Positions 10,747-21,175 of a stretch of DNA of 42,948 bases are shown piece after piece (within the stretch, counting starts at the first letter, position 1; every line of letters begins with the position of its first letter). The stretch lies in contig NW_021835558.1 of NCBI RefSeq assembly GCF_006345805.1, positions 1 through 42,948 on the forward strand. The letters are read 5' to 3'. The position numbers and the translations under genes were made by a program. A model generated the notes under the pieces. The model searched no databases. It was not told the DNA's origin and worked only from the letters and a program-made list of their open reading frames with translations. Source of the DNA: Octopus sinensis (taxonomy: Eukaryota).

Positions 10747-11665
10747 TGTGACCGGCACATTAATGGACCCGGCATATTAATGGACTGGCCATTGAAGATA
10801 AGGAACTGAAATTAAAGATAATTGAGGTAGTTTATCTGCTTTATTGAAGTCTGAGCATAATAAAAACCATTTTGGCCGAGATAGACTTAGTAGTATGTGG
10901 AGGAATACTTTCTATAACATAATGAGAGAAGATATCCGCTTTGTTTTAGACAAATGTGTTTATTGTCAAGTATTGGCTATTTATTTATTAGCTAGTCCAA
11001 AAAATTGATGGCAACCAAGCCACCTATCACTCCAATCATTGCCAGAGGTCCTAGAGACCGTTATATCGCAGATCTTATAGATCTCAGAAGATATTCAGAA
11101 ATAAATCGATCAAACTCGTGGGTAAACTTAAATAATTATTTATATGAAGGTTCTAGTGGTCATTGATTCGTTTACTAAGTATGCTGTTATAGAACTAGCA
11201 AAGAATAAAAGTGCATTGGAAATTTCATCTCTACTTGAGAAATTTTTTACGTTATTGGAGAACCCGTCATTCTCCAAACTGATAACGGAAGGGAGTTTCG
11301 CAATTCTGAAATGGATAAGCTGTGTGAATTTTTTAAAATAAAGCATATCTGTGGAAGACCTAGAGCACCTTGGGTACAAGGACAAGTTGAAAGGTTTATT
11401 TTAAAGCTATAATAAAAAGGTTCAACCAATCAATTAAACGGTGGATATCCTTAACAAGTGGTTCAGCTGGAAGTTTTGGAGTTTACTTCAACATTATAAA
11501 GAGGATCGTATATGATTACAATCGAACAAAACATGACACGACCAAGAATATTCCTTTTCGAAGTTTTATGGGAATTAAAAAAAGACCAGACGAAAATGAA
11601 ATAAATGCATTAATGTGTTTGATGTCAGGGCATGAGAAGTCATTCAGATCTCTGAGTTTGTAGGT
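10747..11665 (+). mobile_element. Ginger2/TDD-like DNA transposon: TGT terminus plus intron-containing DDE integrase; 5' part of ORF missing, one frameshift
   Basis: KNHFGRDRL...CVYCQ | 26-nt intron 10970-10995 | SKKLM...PIIARGPRDRYIADLIDLRRY...SW | 28-nt intron 11122-11149 | VLVVIDSFTKY...(-1 frameshift)...PVILQTDNGREF...GRPRAPWVQGQVER | 26-nt intron 11394-11419 | FNQSIKR...YNRTKH. Confidence 0.85.
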
Positions 11666-11959
11666 TTTTAGCAGCGGAGCAGATATTCTCGGATGGGAAG
11701 TACAGCAATTTGATGATTTTGTTGAGTCGCTCGCTGTATTTGGTCTGGTGTTATGAAAGATCTGGTTTTGTGGTAGCCAACGTTGAGTATAAGGATATTT
11801 CGCGAGTGCAGACAACTCATTTTGGTGTGATTATTAGGTTAGTATTGTAGGGAAGAGTTGTTTTGTTGTGGCATGTGCAAGTACTGTGAGAGTGATGTGG
11901 CATGTGCAAGTACTGCCTTTCTTTCAAAAGTAGGATTGTGTTTTTTATTCAAATCAAAA

Positions 11960-12090
11960 CAACTTTAATTTAATAATTTGCAAGCTCAATTTTATAATTA
12001 GCAACTTCAATTTTATAATACGCAAGTTCAATTTTATAGTTAGCAATTTTAATTTTAAAATTCGCAAGTTCAATTTTATAATTTACAATT
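11960..12090 (+). repeat. 21-bp minisatellite (unit like gcaagttcaattttataatt-n); also 14755-14872 and mirrors
   Basis: About six imperfect units; produces heptad-repeat ORFs such as 14579..14869. Confidence 0.85.
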
Positions 12091-12138
12091 TAACGACACC
12101 GTATAAAATTAGAGAAAAAGGAAAAATGAGTGTTATTT

Positions 12139-12470
12139 TTAAAATTGGACGTTTTTCATGTGAATTGCAACTGCAAGTTTGTGCTGAATTTGCGCTATAA
12201 AGTTAACACATTTTTGAACAGTTTTTTCTTCAATAATCTCCTCAAGACACCGTAAGCGATACTCTTTTTGGGTTAAGTCCGTTTGATTATTTTTTAAGAT
12301 GGATGGAAGATGATTTAATAAATCTTTATCACTCCTGTCTTTAAAATTGCCCAAGCATTTTCAATTGGGTGATTATAGGCGTATAGGGCGCCAATCGAAG
12401 AATTCGATGCATTTTCCACAAAGGATTTTTTTTAGTCGTAAATGGCACGGCGGATTGTCAATTATAACCG
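12139..12470 (-). mobile_element. Degenerate Tc1/IS630 DDE transposase C-terminal fragment in repeat B1 (mirror ~30470-30804)
   Basis: Minus strand IIDNPPCH...LRLAPYTP(frameshift)PIENAWAILK resembles the MDNA.YH / LPPY.P.LNPIE..W..LK motifs. Confidence 0.7.
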
Positions 12471-13093
12471 GAGTTCTTTATTTCATAGGCCTTGCGAAGA
12501 TAATTCCTGACACTTGTACTCGGCGTCAAATAATTTGATTAAATGCGGCATATTTTATGTGAGGGATTTCCTATTCGGGACTATCTATTTTTAATTTGTG
12601 ATTAAATTATTGTTTTATTTTTTTCTGTTTATCCCAATTAAAAATTTTTTAATAAATATTTTTTTACACGTGATTATTTGTTGGTGTTTGGTTGTATATA
12701 TCTTTTATAGTGTTTTTACTTATTTTAATAGAGATTAAATGAATTTATGATTTTTAAAATCCCTAGTAACTAGGAATTATATAAGTTAATTGTGTATTCA
12801 TACATTCATGTTTTAATCTTTATTGATATTCCATTTGTATAATTTATAATTTAAGTAAAACAGTTCTATTTATACCTGTTTTAATTTTCTTATTTATTTC
12901 TTTCTCATTTTTCCTTTTTTATATTTTACCTGCATTTGATTTGTAATGTCTGATATCTATATATTTTTTGGTGTTTGTTTGTATATTTCTTTGTATATTT
13001 CTACCTTCTTGTTCGCAAACTTTTGGCAAGGGGCAATTTCTTTTTAATATCATCTCTGCCCCAATTTTGAGATCTTTGTTTTTATCTAATGAC

Positions 13094-13192
13094 TAGGGCA
13101 ACCGCAAATATGACCTAAAAATTTCAAATATGACCGATAAAATATGACTTATATGACCTTAAACGAAAAAATATATGCCCTTAATATGACTT
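13094..13192 (+). mobile_element. Solo hAT-like terminus with subterminal ATATGAC repeats (mirror ends at 29848)
   Basis: TAGGGCAACCGCAA followed by five ATATGAC and one ATATGCC; begins exactly where repeat B1 stops. No partner end within the arm. Confidence 0.55.
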
Positions 13193-13253
13193 AATAAATT
13201 TTTTATTTGTCAAATCAATCAAATCAAAATTTATTCCAAAGACCACCGTTAAC

Positions 13254-14485
13254 TATTCAATGAAAGCTAATACAATTGAAACAGGAAAAGTCGTTTTTTA
13301 GAGAAATTAAAAACAATTAATTTTTTTATGGAAATAAAGTTTTATTTTCAATTCATATTTTTATTCGTAGTTTTATACATCTAAACATTCAGAATTTAAA
13401 GTGGTTATGTAATGTGTTGACTAATTATTGCATAAAGCTAACTATAAATATGAAATAAACTATTTTCAGTTAAATTAGAACAAGTAAACACAAAAATTTA
13501 TTTTAAGAAAACAATTTTATCAAAAGAATATTTATTCCGAATAATTCAGATAAAAATCACGAAAATCTTAAAAACATTGACTTTGACAATTAAACACAAA
13601 AAACTCATTTTTAATTCCATAAAACAGTTTGATGTTTATATTTTTTGATTTTCACTGTCAACAAATTTATAAACTAACAAAAATTTGAGAAAAATATTTT
13701 GCTTTTTTTCGTCAATATAAATTGTAAATATTGAATAATTAATTTCAAAAAGCATGAAAACGCGTCTTTTGATCCAAACTAACTCCATAATAAACAAGTA
13801 TTATAAGAGTATTGTCAGCAAATTTTTCAATAAAATAATATGTGACATGGGCAGCTCGATACGTATGGGCAACCGGTTACATTTTACTTTGAAAAATTTT
13901 AATTTACCCTTGAACAAATCATCTTATTTCAATCATTAAAGATTAATGTATTTTAACAAAAAAGATTTTAAAATTAATTATTTTTTAGTCTTTCCATCAC
14001 AGTCTGTCTTGCACGGTTCAGTCCCCTGACCAGCAACTTGGCATTAATCACCAATCTAATCTCGAGATGAATTGGCCGGTCTCTCAGAATCACCAAAAAT
14101 CAAAACAGTCACAAAACATTCCCACCTTTCGACAACATTTCCTCAAATTTGATCTCAAAAAATCCATTTTTCACGATAATTTTAATAATCTTTTATTTTC
14201 AATAAACGATTTAAATGATTGATAAATTAGATAAACATTAAATTTTTTCCAAACTACAACTTTTTAACGCTAATTTTTATCAACTCACAAAGTTAGGACA
14301 TATCACGATTTTGACTAATTTGATATTACTTTGTTATATATAATTATTTGATTTTTTTAATAAACATTTAAAAGTAGCACGTTTTTTCTTGTTTTGCTGT
14401 GTTATTCACTCTTGCCTTGATCTGTGCTGTCAGTATACTCACAGCCCCGTTGCAAGGCCACATTAAAATAACTTTATTATGCAAG
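13254..14485 (+). repeat. Direct repeat A, copy 2 (mirror 28460-29688)
   Basis: Collinear with 5855-7068, with scattered substitutions and small indels. Confidence 0.9.
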
Positions 14486-14872
14486 TTTGTAGGTTTTTAG
14501 CAGTGGAGAAGATATTCTCGGATGGGAAGTACAGCAATTTGATTATTTTGTTGAGTCACTCGCTGTATTTGGTTAGTGTTATGAGAAATCTAGTTTTGTG
14601 GTGGACAACGTGGTCAACGTTGGGTATAAGGATATTCTGCGAGTGCAGACAACACATTTTGGTGTGATTATTAGATTAGTATTGTAAGGCGAGTGATGTG
14701 GCATGCACTGCCTTTCCTTCGAAAATACGATTGTGTCCATTATTTTATACCAAAACAACTTCAATTTTATAATTCGCAAGTTTAATTTTATAATTGGAAA
14801 CTTCAAATTTATAATCTGCAAGATCAATTTTATAATTGGCAACTTTAATTTTAAAATTCGCAAGTTCAATTT

Positions 14873-14961
14873 CTCGATCGCGTCGGCTTCCCGCCCATGA
14901 AGCTTTTAATTAATTAACTTGTTGTCAAAAAAAAAAAAATTTTAATACAAAAAAAAAAAAA
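14873..14961 (+). mobile_element. Short poly(A)-tailed retroposed insert in the minisatellite of B2 (mirror 27985-28074)
   Basis: Absent from B1. ctcgatcgcgtcggcttcccgcccatga...gttgtc(A)13 ttttaatac(A)13. Confidence 0.65.
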
Positions 14962-15016
14962 TTTTTATAATTTACAATTTAACGACAACATATAAAAGGA
15001 AAAATGAGCGTTATTT

Positions 15017-15340
15017 TTAAAATTGGACGTTTTTCATGTGAATTGCACCTGGAAGTTTGCGCTGAGTTTTTCGCTATAAGTCAATACATTTTTGAACAGT
15101 GTTTTCTTCAATAATTCTCTCAAAACACCGTAAGCGATACTCTTTTTGGGTTAAGTCCGTTTGACAATTTTTTAAAATGGATGGAAGATGATTTGATAAA
15201 TCTTTATCACTCCTGTCTTTAAAATTGACCATGAATTTTCAATTGGGTTTTTAGCAGTGGAGAAGGCGTATATGGCACCAATCAAAGAATTCGATGCATT
15301 CTTCCAGTCGTAAATGTCATGGGGGATTGTCAATTATAAC
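15017..15340 (-). mobile_element. Second copy of the Tc1/IS630 remnant in repeat B2 (mirror ~27605-27930)
   Basis: Homologous to 12139-12470; ORF 27716..27913 resembles 30589..30804. Confidence 0.65.
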
Positions 15341-16006
15341 CGGAGTTGTTTATTCCATAGGCCTTGAGAAGACAGTTCCTGACACTTGTACTCGCCATCA
15401 AAAAAATTGATTAAATGCCGTATATTTCATGTAAGGGGTTTTCTATTAGGTACTATCAATTATAATTTTGTGATTAAATTATTGTTTTATTTTTTTCTGT
15501 TTATCTCAATTAATAATTTTTTAATAAATATTTTTTACACGTGATTATTTGTTGGTGTTTGGTTGTATATATCCTTTATAGTGTTTTTACTTATTTTAAT
15601 AGAGATTAAATGAATTTATGACTTTTAAAATCCCTAGTAACTACGGATTATATAAGTTAATTGTGTATTCATACATTCATGTTTTAATCTTTATTGATAT
15701 TCCATTTATACAATTCATAATTTATGTAAAACAGTTCTATTTATACCTGTTTTAATTTTCTTATTTATTTCTTTCTCATTTTTCCTTTTCTATATTTTAC
15801 CTGAATTTGATTTGTTATGTCTGATATCTATATATCTTTTTGGTGTTTGTTTGTATATTCTTTGTATATTTCTACCTCCTTGTTCGTAAACTTTTGGGAA
15901 GGGGCAATTTATTCTAATATCATCTCTCTGCCCCAATTTTGAGATCTTTGTTTTTATCTAATGACCAAAAAAGGCACCTGTTTTTATCTAATCACTCTCT
16001 CTTTAT

Positions 16007-16133
16007 GCCAAAAGTGGATAATTTATGCACCTGCTGCAATCCATAGATCTGGTAGCCATTTCTCATGTTCCCCCTCCGGAATCGAACCCTAAGTCACTAC
16101 CTCACCGTCGAAAATTGATGAAGCGGACATCTA
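16007..16133 (-). rRNA. Degenerate 18S rRNA gene fragment (non-functional)
   Basis: Minus strand tagggttcgattccggagggggaacatgagaaatggctaccagatctatggattgcagcaggtgcataaattatccact aligns to the conserved 18S tract CAGGGTTCGATTCCGGAGAGGGAGCCTGAGAAACGGCTACCACATCCAAGGAAGGCAGCAGGCGCGCAAATTACCCAC, with many substitutions and an upstream internal deletion. Confidence 0.88.
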
Positions 16134-16328
16134 ATTGATATTTTTTTCCGCTATCCTCGATATTTTTTTCTATATTGTTTTGCTTTTTCTATATTTTACA
16201 TGAATTTGATTTGTTATGTCTATATATATCGTGATCCAAGCCAATGGATATTTATTTTTGATTTAATGGGATATTTGTTTCATCCAATCATTTTTATAAT
16301 ATTTTGATACTTTTTGTAGTATTTAAAA

Positions 16329-16911
16329 CAGGGGTTCTCAACCTTTTTAGCTCATGGGCCAAATCGATAATTAAGAATATCTTTGCGGGCCGCACAAAAA
16401 ATATTTTATGTTATTAATGAAAAGAAGGCTTTATTAAGTAATAAAAATCAATGCGAGACTTGATTCTGTTTGGCGTCTATTATTTTGTCGAAACAGGGAG
16501 TAAAAGTCGAACACGATGTACGTAAAAGTCCATCAGTCAATCGATTTCGATACTTTGTTTTTATTTGCGCAAGTTTGCTGAAAAGAGCTTCACATGTATA
16601 CGTTGATCCGAAGACTGATGCATTTTTTTGAGCATTATCGACCAAGTTCGGATATTTCCACTGTGGAATTCGAATGACAAATTAGGCAATGTGCGTTACC
16701 ATTTTCTTCAAAAACGAAAAAATTTTCCTCCCATTCGGAGTTAAATGCACGATTTTTATGAATAATTTTTCTACTTCGTTTAACACGTTTATCAGACATC
16801 ACAAACAATATTATTTAAACATTAATGTACAAAATATTTAATATAAAAACAAAAAATATTTAATATATTTTTATAATTTTAATCGGGCCGCACAAACAAT
16901 ATTATTTAAAC
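16329..16911 (-). mobile_element. Internally deleted hAT (Buster/SPIN/Charlie-like) element; one TIR retained
   Basis: Terminus CAGGGGTTCTCAACC (16329-16343). Minus strand joins N-terminal RAFNSEWEENFF...HCLICH to C-terminal SVFGSTYTCEALFS...RNRLTD...QVSH. Confidence 0.85.
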
Positions 16912-16915
16912 ACTT

Positions 16916-17430
16916 CACAATGCATGTAATGCTGGGATTAAAATTCTCAGATCGTCAAGAACGGATTCGAGAGTACCTCCGATAGTGGCATCGTCCAAAT
17001 ATCATGCATTGGAAAAGAAGGATACACTTCTTGCAACGGGATCAATTTCCTGAACAAAAAGAAGAGAACCCAGAGGGTCGTCTTGTTGGACACCGTTGCA
17101 GGACGAGATTGAATGATCGCCAGCGATAAGGAGGCTGGGGCAATTGTATGCCAAAGCGACCAGGCGGACATTAAAAAATGAACGACGGATAATAGATTTA
17201 AAGCGTTAATCAGGTCCAGCTTTATTAGAAAACAAGGGTTATCCGGCCGATTTTGTGAGCCTGAAATGAACCTCCTTGTTGTATAACTACTCTAAGTTGT
17301 ATTGGATGTAATTCAGATCCCAATAACTTTGTAGCTTGCCTGCAATCAACTTTTGAGGCCAACAGCAACCCACTGCAATGGCGAGAACGGACATGGCTTT
17401 TCCAACGTATATCAATAGCTATTTTGGGTG
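16916..17430 (-). mobile_element. Degenerate CRE-type reverse transcriptase fragment
   Basis: Read on the mirror: LHPIQL, FLIKLDLINA, DVQQSDSLGPLLF, NAWYLDDATIGG (YLDD), with frameshifts. Confidence 0.8.
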
Positions 17431-17669
17431 GCAATTGCCATTCCATCTTATCCTCTTCTGCTGATTAGTTACTTGTTTTCTTTATTCATTTCATTAGTTT
17501 ACAATAAAAAACTTCACAATACATTTAGTGCATTTTATAATTAAAGTATGCATGTAAATGAATCCCACAATACAAACTAAGAACGGCATAGATGCGTTTA
17601 CTATGCATCTCTTCATTAGGATTCTCGATTTTATTAAGAAACAGTCTCCTTTCACACATTAGAGAGACA

Positions 17670-18000
17670 AGCTTTGAACACATTAGGGAATCCCGTAGGG
17701 CACGGCTTACCATATCATTAAGTTCAGAGTGGCGGGGGAAATTGCCAGCGCTACGACAGCAAGATAGCGGGTGTAGTCATAATGTGCCAATCCTCTGACT
17801 GCAGGGCATCAATCCAAGGCGCAGAGAAACTGCGATGCGGAGGTATTTGTTATCCAGTAACGTCCAGATTGACGCATTGGGATGGCTATCAGCCGGGGTC
17901 CTGAATAGTTTTGGGATTAGAAATATTCCTTATGTTGAACATTATATTACGTACAGCCCTTTTAGCTCTAGGTCCATTATAATTGATCATCTGGTGGTGT
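17670..18000 (-). mobile_element. Degenerate CRE linker/CCHC-region fragment (mirror ~24960-25290)
   Basis: TLLDNKYLRIAVSLRLG and PRHSELNDMV match LLNDEAVRIGVCLRLG and RHSELNQII of the 8115 ORF. Confidence 0.7.
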
Positions 18001-18844
18001 GTGTCAAAGGTTTTTATAACAGCTTCAGTGTCTATATTTAAATTTTTTTATATCTTTAAACTTTGTCATTCAGTTATATTAATGTTTTTTATCTCGTTAT
18101 TTAAAAAACAGAAGCTTGTTGAGGGAGCCTGGATCAAAAACAAGTTCACTTGGAGTATGTCTATTCCAATCTCTTGTTTATATCGACAATTTGTTTGGTT
18201 CCAATTAAAAAGGAATGGCCAAAAGAAAAAGACAAAACACATCTCGATTCAAGACTTCTCTTATCATATAGACTGAGTGAGCGGTTATATCAAATACTCA
18301 GATGAAGTAAACTTTTTTCTATAAAAAAAAGCGTCAGCGTTTATTCGAGTGTCAAAGTTTTCAATGATCTGGTCTTATTTATGAAAGATTCTAATTATAA
18401 GTAAGGTTGGCGTTGCATATGCAAAACATCTTCTAACTTTGTATTACTAAGCTTTACCGTAAACTATTCGCACAAATTCGAGTAAGATCCTATTATGTCC
18501 AGAATTTGACAGCCATATTTGTAGACATTGATTTATCAACAGACAGCACTACGATTTAGTTGATATGGTTAAAACGGCAATCTGACTTAATTAGGATCAA
18601 CAAATCATTTGACCTATCGATTTTTAGATATCAAATGCATTTATTTCTCGGAATAGCTCAACTACATACTTCCTTTCTTAGCAATTTCCAGTAAGCATTT
18701 TCTATTTGAGTTTTGTTTCAAATTGTTACTCTTTTGTCTTTAAATCTTGATTTCAGTCAGAAAAAATCAGTCTCTTCTGGGAGTTCTTCAGAGCTCTTAA
18801 CTTTTGTTATTTAACATTTCTATGAGGAACCAAACAATCAAACA

Positions 18845-19085
18845 ACGGACAATCCTTGCTCTTTATGTAGATGATGTCTCACTCCAGAAAATCATCTCAA
18901 AACCGAAAAAACTTCAACTACTTCCTTAAATTATCATTTAAAATTAATATTGATGACCCTATTCTCCTCTGGTGGATTAAGAGATCACTACCGTGGAAAA
19001 AAACCTTAAGTTTATCCGTAGTTGGGACTTTGTATCTTATCTCGTCTTTCGACTCGAGGTGTCTTTTGGAGTTCAGATCCGTCTA
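18845..19085 (+). mobile_element. Highly degenerate Ty1/copia RT remnant (mirror ~23880-24125)
   Basis: TILALYVDDV and SVVGTLYL resemble copia LYVDD and VGSL.YL motifs; frameshifted. Confidence 0.5.
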
Positions 19086-20328
19086 GCCAGAAATCTACGA
19101 ATTCGCTTCGGAAATTAAAAAAAATGTCGCTTTCGAATCTATTTCGATCAAATATAAATTGAAAAGAATTTGGATTTTATTGCACACCAACGGACGCCTA
19201 AACCCCGATTTGATTTTTGGATTTGTTATTTGTAAATTGATAATGTTTTCATTATATTAAGTTTCTTTTCTATTTTTATGAAAAATACCACAAGGAACTT
19301 GGCGAAAAAACTCAAAATATTCATGCCACAAATTAGTTTTTATGTGATGTCTAATTAGCAGATTTGTTTCTCAAAACGAGGAAGACCAAAAAAAGAGAAT
19401 GTGCATGCGTGCCCACGACACCACTTATTATTATATAGCACTATCGGAAAATCATAAATTTAATTAAGTTTTCCTTGTGCCACAGCCAGTATCCTCACAC
19501 ACATCCGTTTACATGCCCCTTGTTCTTTGCTATAGTCGACACCACTACTTTAAAATAAACTAGAAAAACTACAGAAAATAAACATATTTTAATCTTTTTC
19601 TTTTCTGTTCTTGAACATGAATATTCTAGAGTCACTGCAGAGAAGTTTAGGAAAGTAGACGCAATGATATCTGAACATTTCGCGTTTAAAAAAAACATTC
19701 CAGACTTGATAAAGGAAGGTGGTCATACCATCGAGGCTTTCCAAATCTAGCTCTATTTTAGGTAGAAATGCTAGTTTAAGACATGGGAAATGATTTTATA
19801 AAAAAGAAGTTGACGTTCAAACAGGTTTGAAGACATCTTTGTTTAGCAGTTCATTAAAAAACCGTTCACATCGGAAGGGATGAGGGAAATTAAATCGTAT
19901 GTGCAGACTGGTAATTGATAGTCTTTTGATACAACACCGACGGTATTGGATCCAGCTTAGTTTATTAACATAAAAATGCTGATTCAAGATATTAAAGATG
20001 ATTTTGGTACAAAATAGAATTTAGAAAAACCCCTGCGCTTTTTTAAGAATGTAAAAGTAATTGAAGATAAGCATAGAAAATTCAAAAGAGAAAGCAGGAA
20101 CAAAAGTACCAATTTAATACATGTTGTATATACCAATAAAGGTGATGAAAAAAGACACATGGAAAGATCACACAATACAGAATTTGAGACCATAATTGGC
20201 TAAAAGGTACAATAAGTGAAATGCAATTTGAGATTCCTAAAAATTGATTTTTAAACGCCCGCCCTCATCTCTATATATCGAACAAATCAAATAATAATCA
20301 TAAGAAAGAATAATCCAAATGAGAGTAG

Positions 20329-20586
20329 TTAGATAATTAATTCGTAAGGAATTAAGGCCATTACGACCATCTTGGTCCCACAAGCTGTCTTTTGAATGAC
20401 TTTTCTGGCTTCTCTCCCTTCTTGAGTGACCTTCTGTAAGCATCAGCCTCCCGCACCCTCTTTTTGAAATTTTCCTGGCACTTTGAAGGATTCACGTGCT
20501 CTGTCCGCACACAAATTCTCTTCGCCAAAATTCGGTTCCTGTATTCAATAAACATAATTTAGAGCATTTTCTTTATCACAACCGAC
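20329..20586 (-). pseudogene. RPL21: 60S ribosomal protein L21 (eL21) partial pseudogene
   Basis: RNRILAKRICVRTEHVNPSKCQENFKKRVRE...KRQLVGPR matches ILAKRINVRIEH..SK...FLKRVKEND...KRQP.PPR. After a frameshifting deletion, ALIPYELII* matches the eL21 C-terminus (PIPYEF). N-terminal half not found. Confidence 0.85.
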
Positions 20587-20745
20587 TGGATGTATGACCT
20601 CTTTCCTTTTCAAAGGATAATTTATCCACTTGACATTTAAAGATCCTTGAGAAAATTAATGTCATTTCAAAGTATTTTTTGTATGTAGATGTTCATTATC
20701 GTTTTCAATTCTTCATATTTTGAAAGATCAAAACTTTTTTAGTTC

Positions 20746-21175
20746 TTGATATTCAGGAAGTCTGTCGAGAAACTCAATGCTAACTTTAATGGAGACAAAC
20801 TTATTCGTGCAATGTTACCTCTACGATTCGGTGTTATTGGTATCCGCTCATGCATGAGCATTTCTCTGCCTTGCTACATATCTTCGCTCTCGGCATCAAG
20901 AAATTTTCTCAATTCTGTTTTTTTCTCCTCTCCTGAACATTTCGAACTGACTGAATTTTCTTCTGGCTTAGAAGTTTGGACTGCATCTGGCCTTGGCATT
21001 CCTGAGTTGGATCATTCTCAAAAAAGTTGGGATTCTATTCGTGTAAAAAAATCATGAAATCCCCGAAAACAAACGCCGATCAAATCAAACTCGCCTTCTC
21101 AGCCGAATTTACTCTTGGATGATGAGTCAGTTCGACTCGGTACTTGTCTACGACTCGGAATCCCTTTTTGCAGTT
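20746..21175 (+). mobile_element. CRE post-RT (thumb/linker) fragment running from the left arm into the spacer
   Basis: AMLPLRFGVIGIRS...SLPCYISS...QKSWD, then in the spacer LLDDESVRLGTCLRLG, homologous to the 8115 ORF. Confidence 0.75.

Larger units (their letters stand above)
11656..13093 (+). repeat. Direct repeat B, copy 1 (~1.45 kb composite; mirror 29849-31288)
   Basis: gtttgtaggtttttagcag...tttttatctaatgac recurs at 14485-15965. Confidence 0.9.
14485..15965 (+). repeat. Direct repeat B, copy 2 (mirror 26983-28459)
   Basis: Collinear with 11656-13093 but clearly diverged; carries an extra poly(A)-tailed insert. Confidence 0.9.
1..21025 (+). repeat. Left arm of giant inverted repeat (palindrome); extends to window edge
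   Basis: Base 1 (ctctagtcaaaaccatagacc) reverse-complements the sequence ending at 42934. ORFs recur mirrored (8115..8813+ vs 34121..34819-, 7410..7970- vs 34964..35524+). The match ends at ...cattctcaaaaaa (21025). Confidence 0.98.

Noticed and set aside
10790-11665. Integrase as part of a Maverick/Polinton, endogenous virus or LTR retrotransposon
   Set aside because: No DNA polymerase, capsid, protease, linked RT or LTRs nearby; introns and a TGT terminus fit Ginger better.
16070-16095. GGTTCGATTCC motif (minus strand) resembling a tRNA T-loop or Pol III B-box
   Set aside because: It lies within the conserved 18S rRNA tract; no cloverleaf or A-box is evident.
18300-18720. Possible hAT dimerisation-domain remnant on the minus strand
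   Set aside because: Only scattered residues match; too degenerate to call.
19600-19900. TVHIGRD motif suggesting a second Ginger-like zinc-finger fragment
   Set aside because: A single short motif with no following CxxC or DDE residues in frame.
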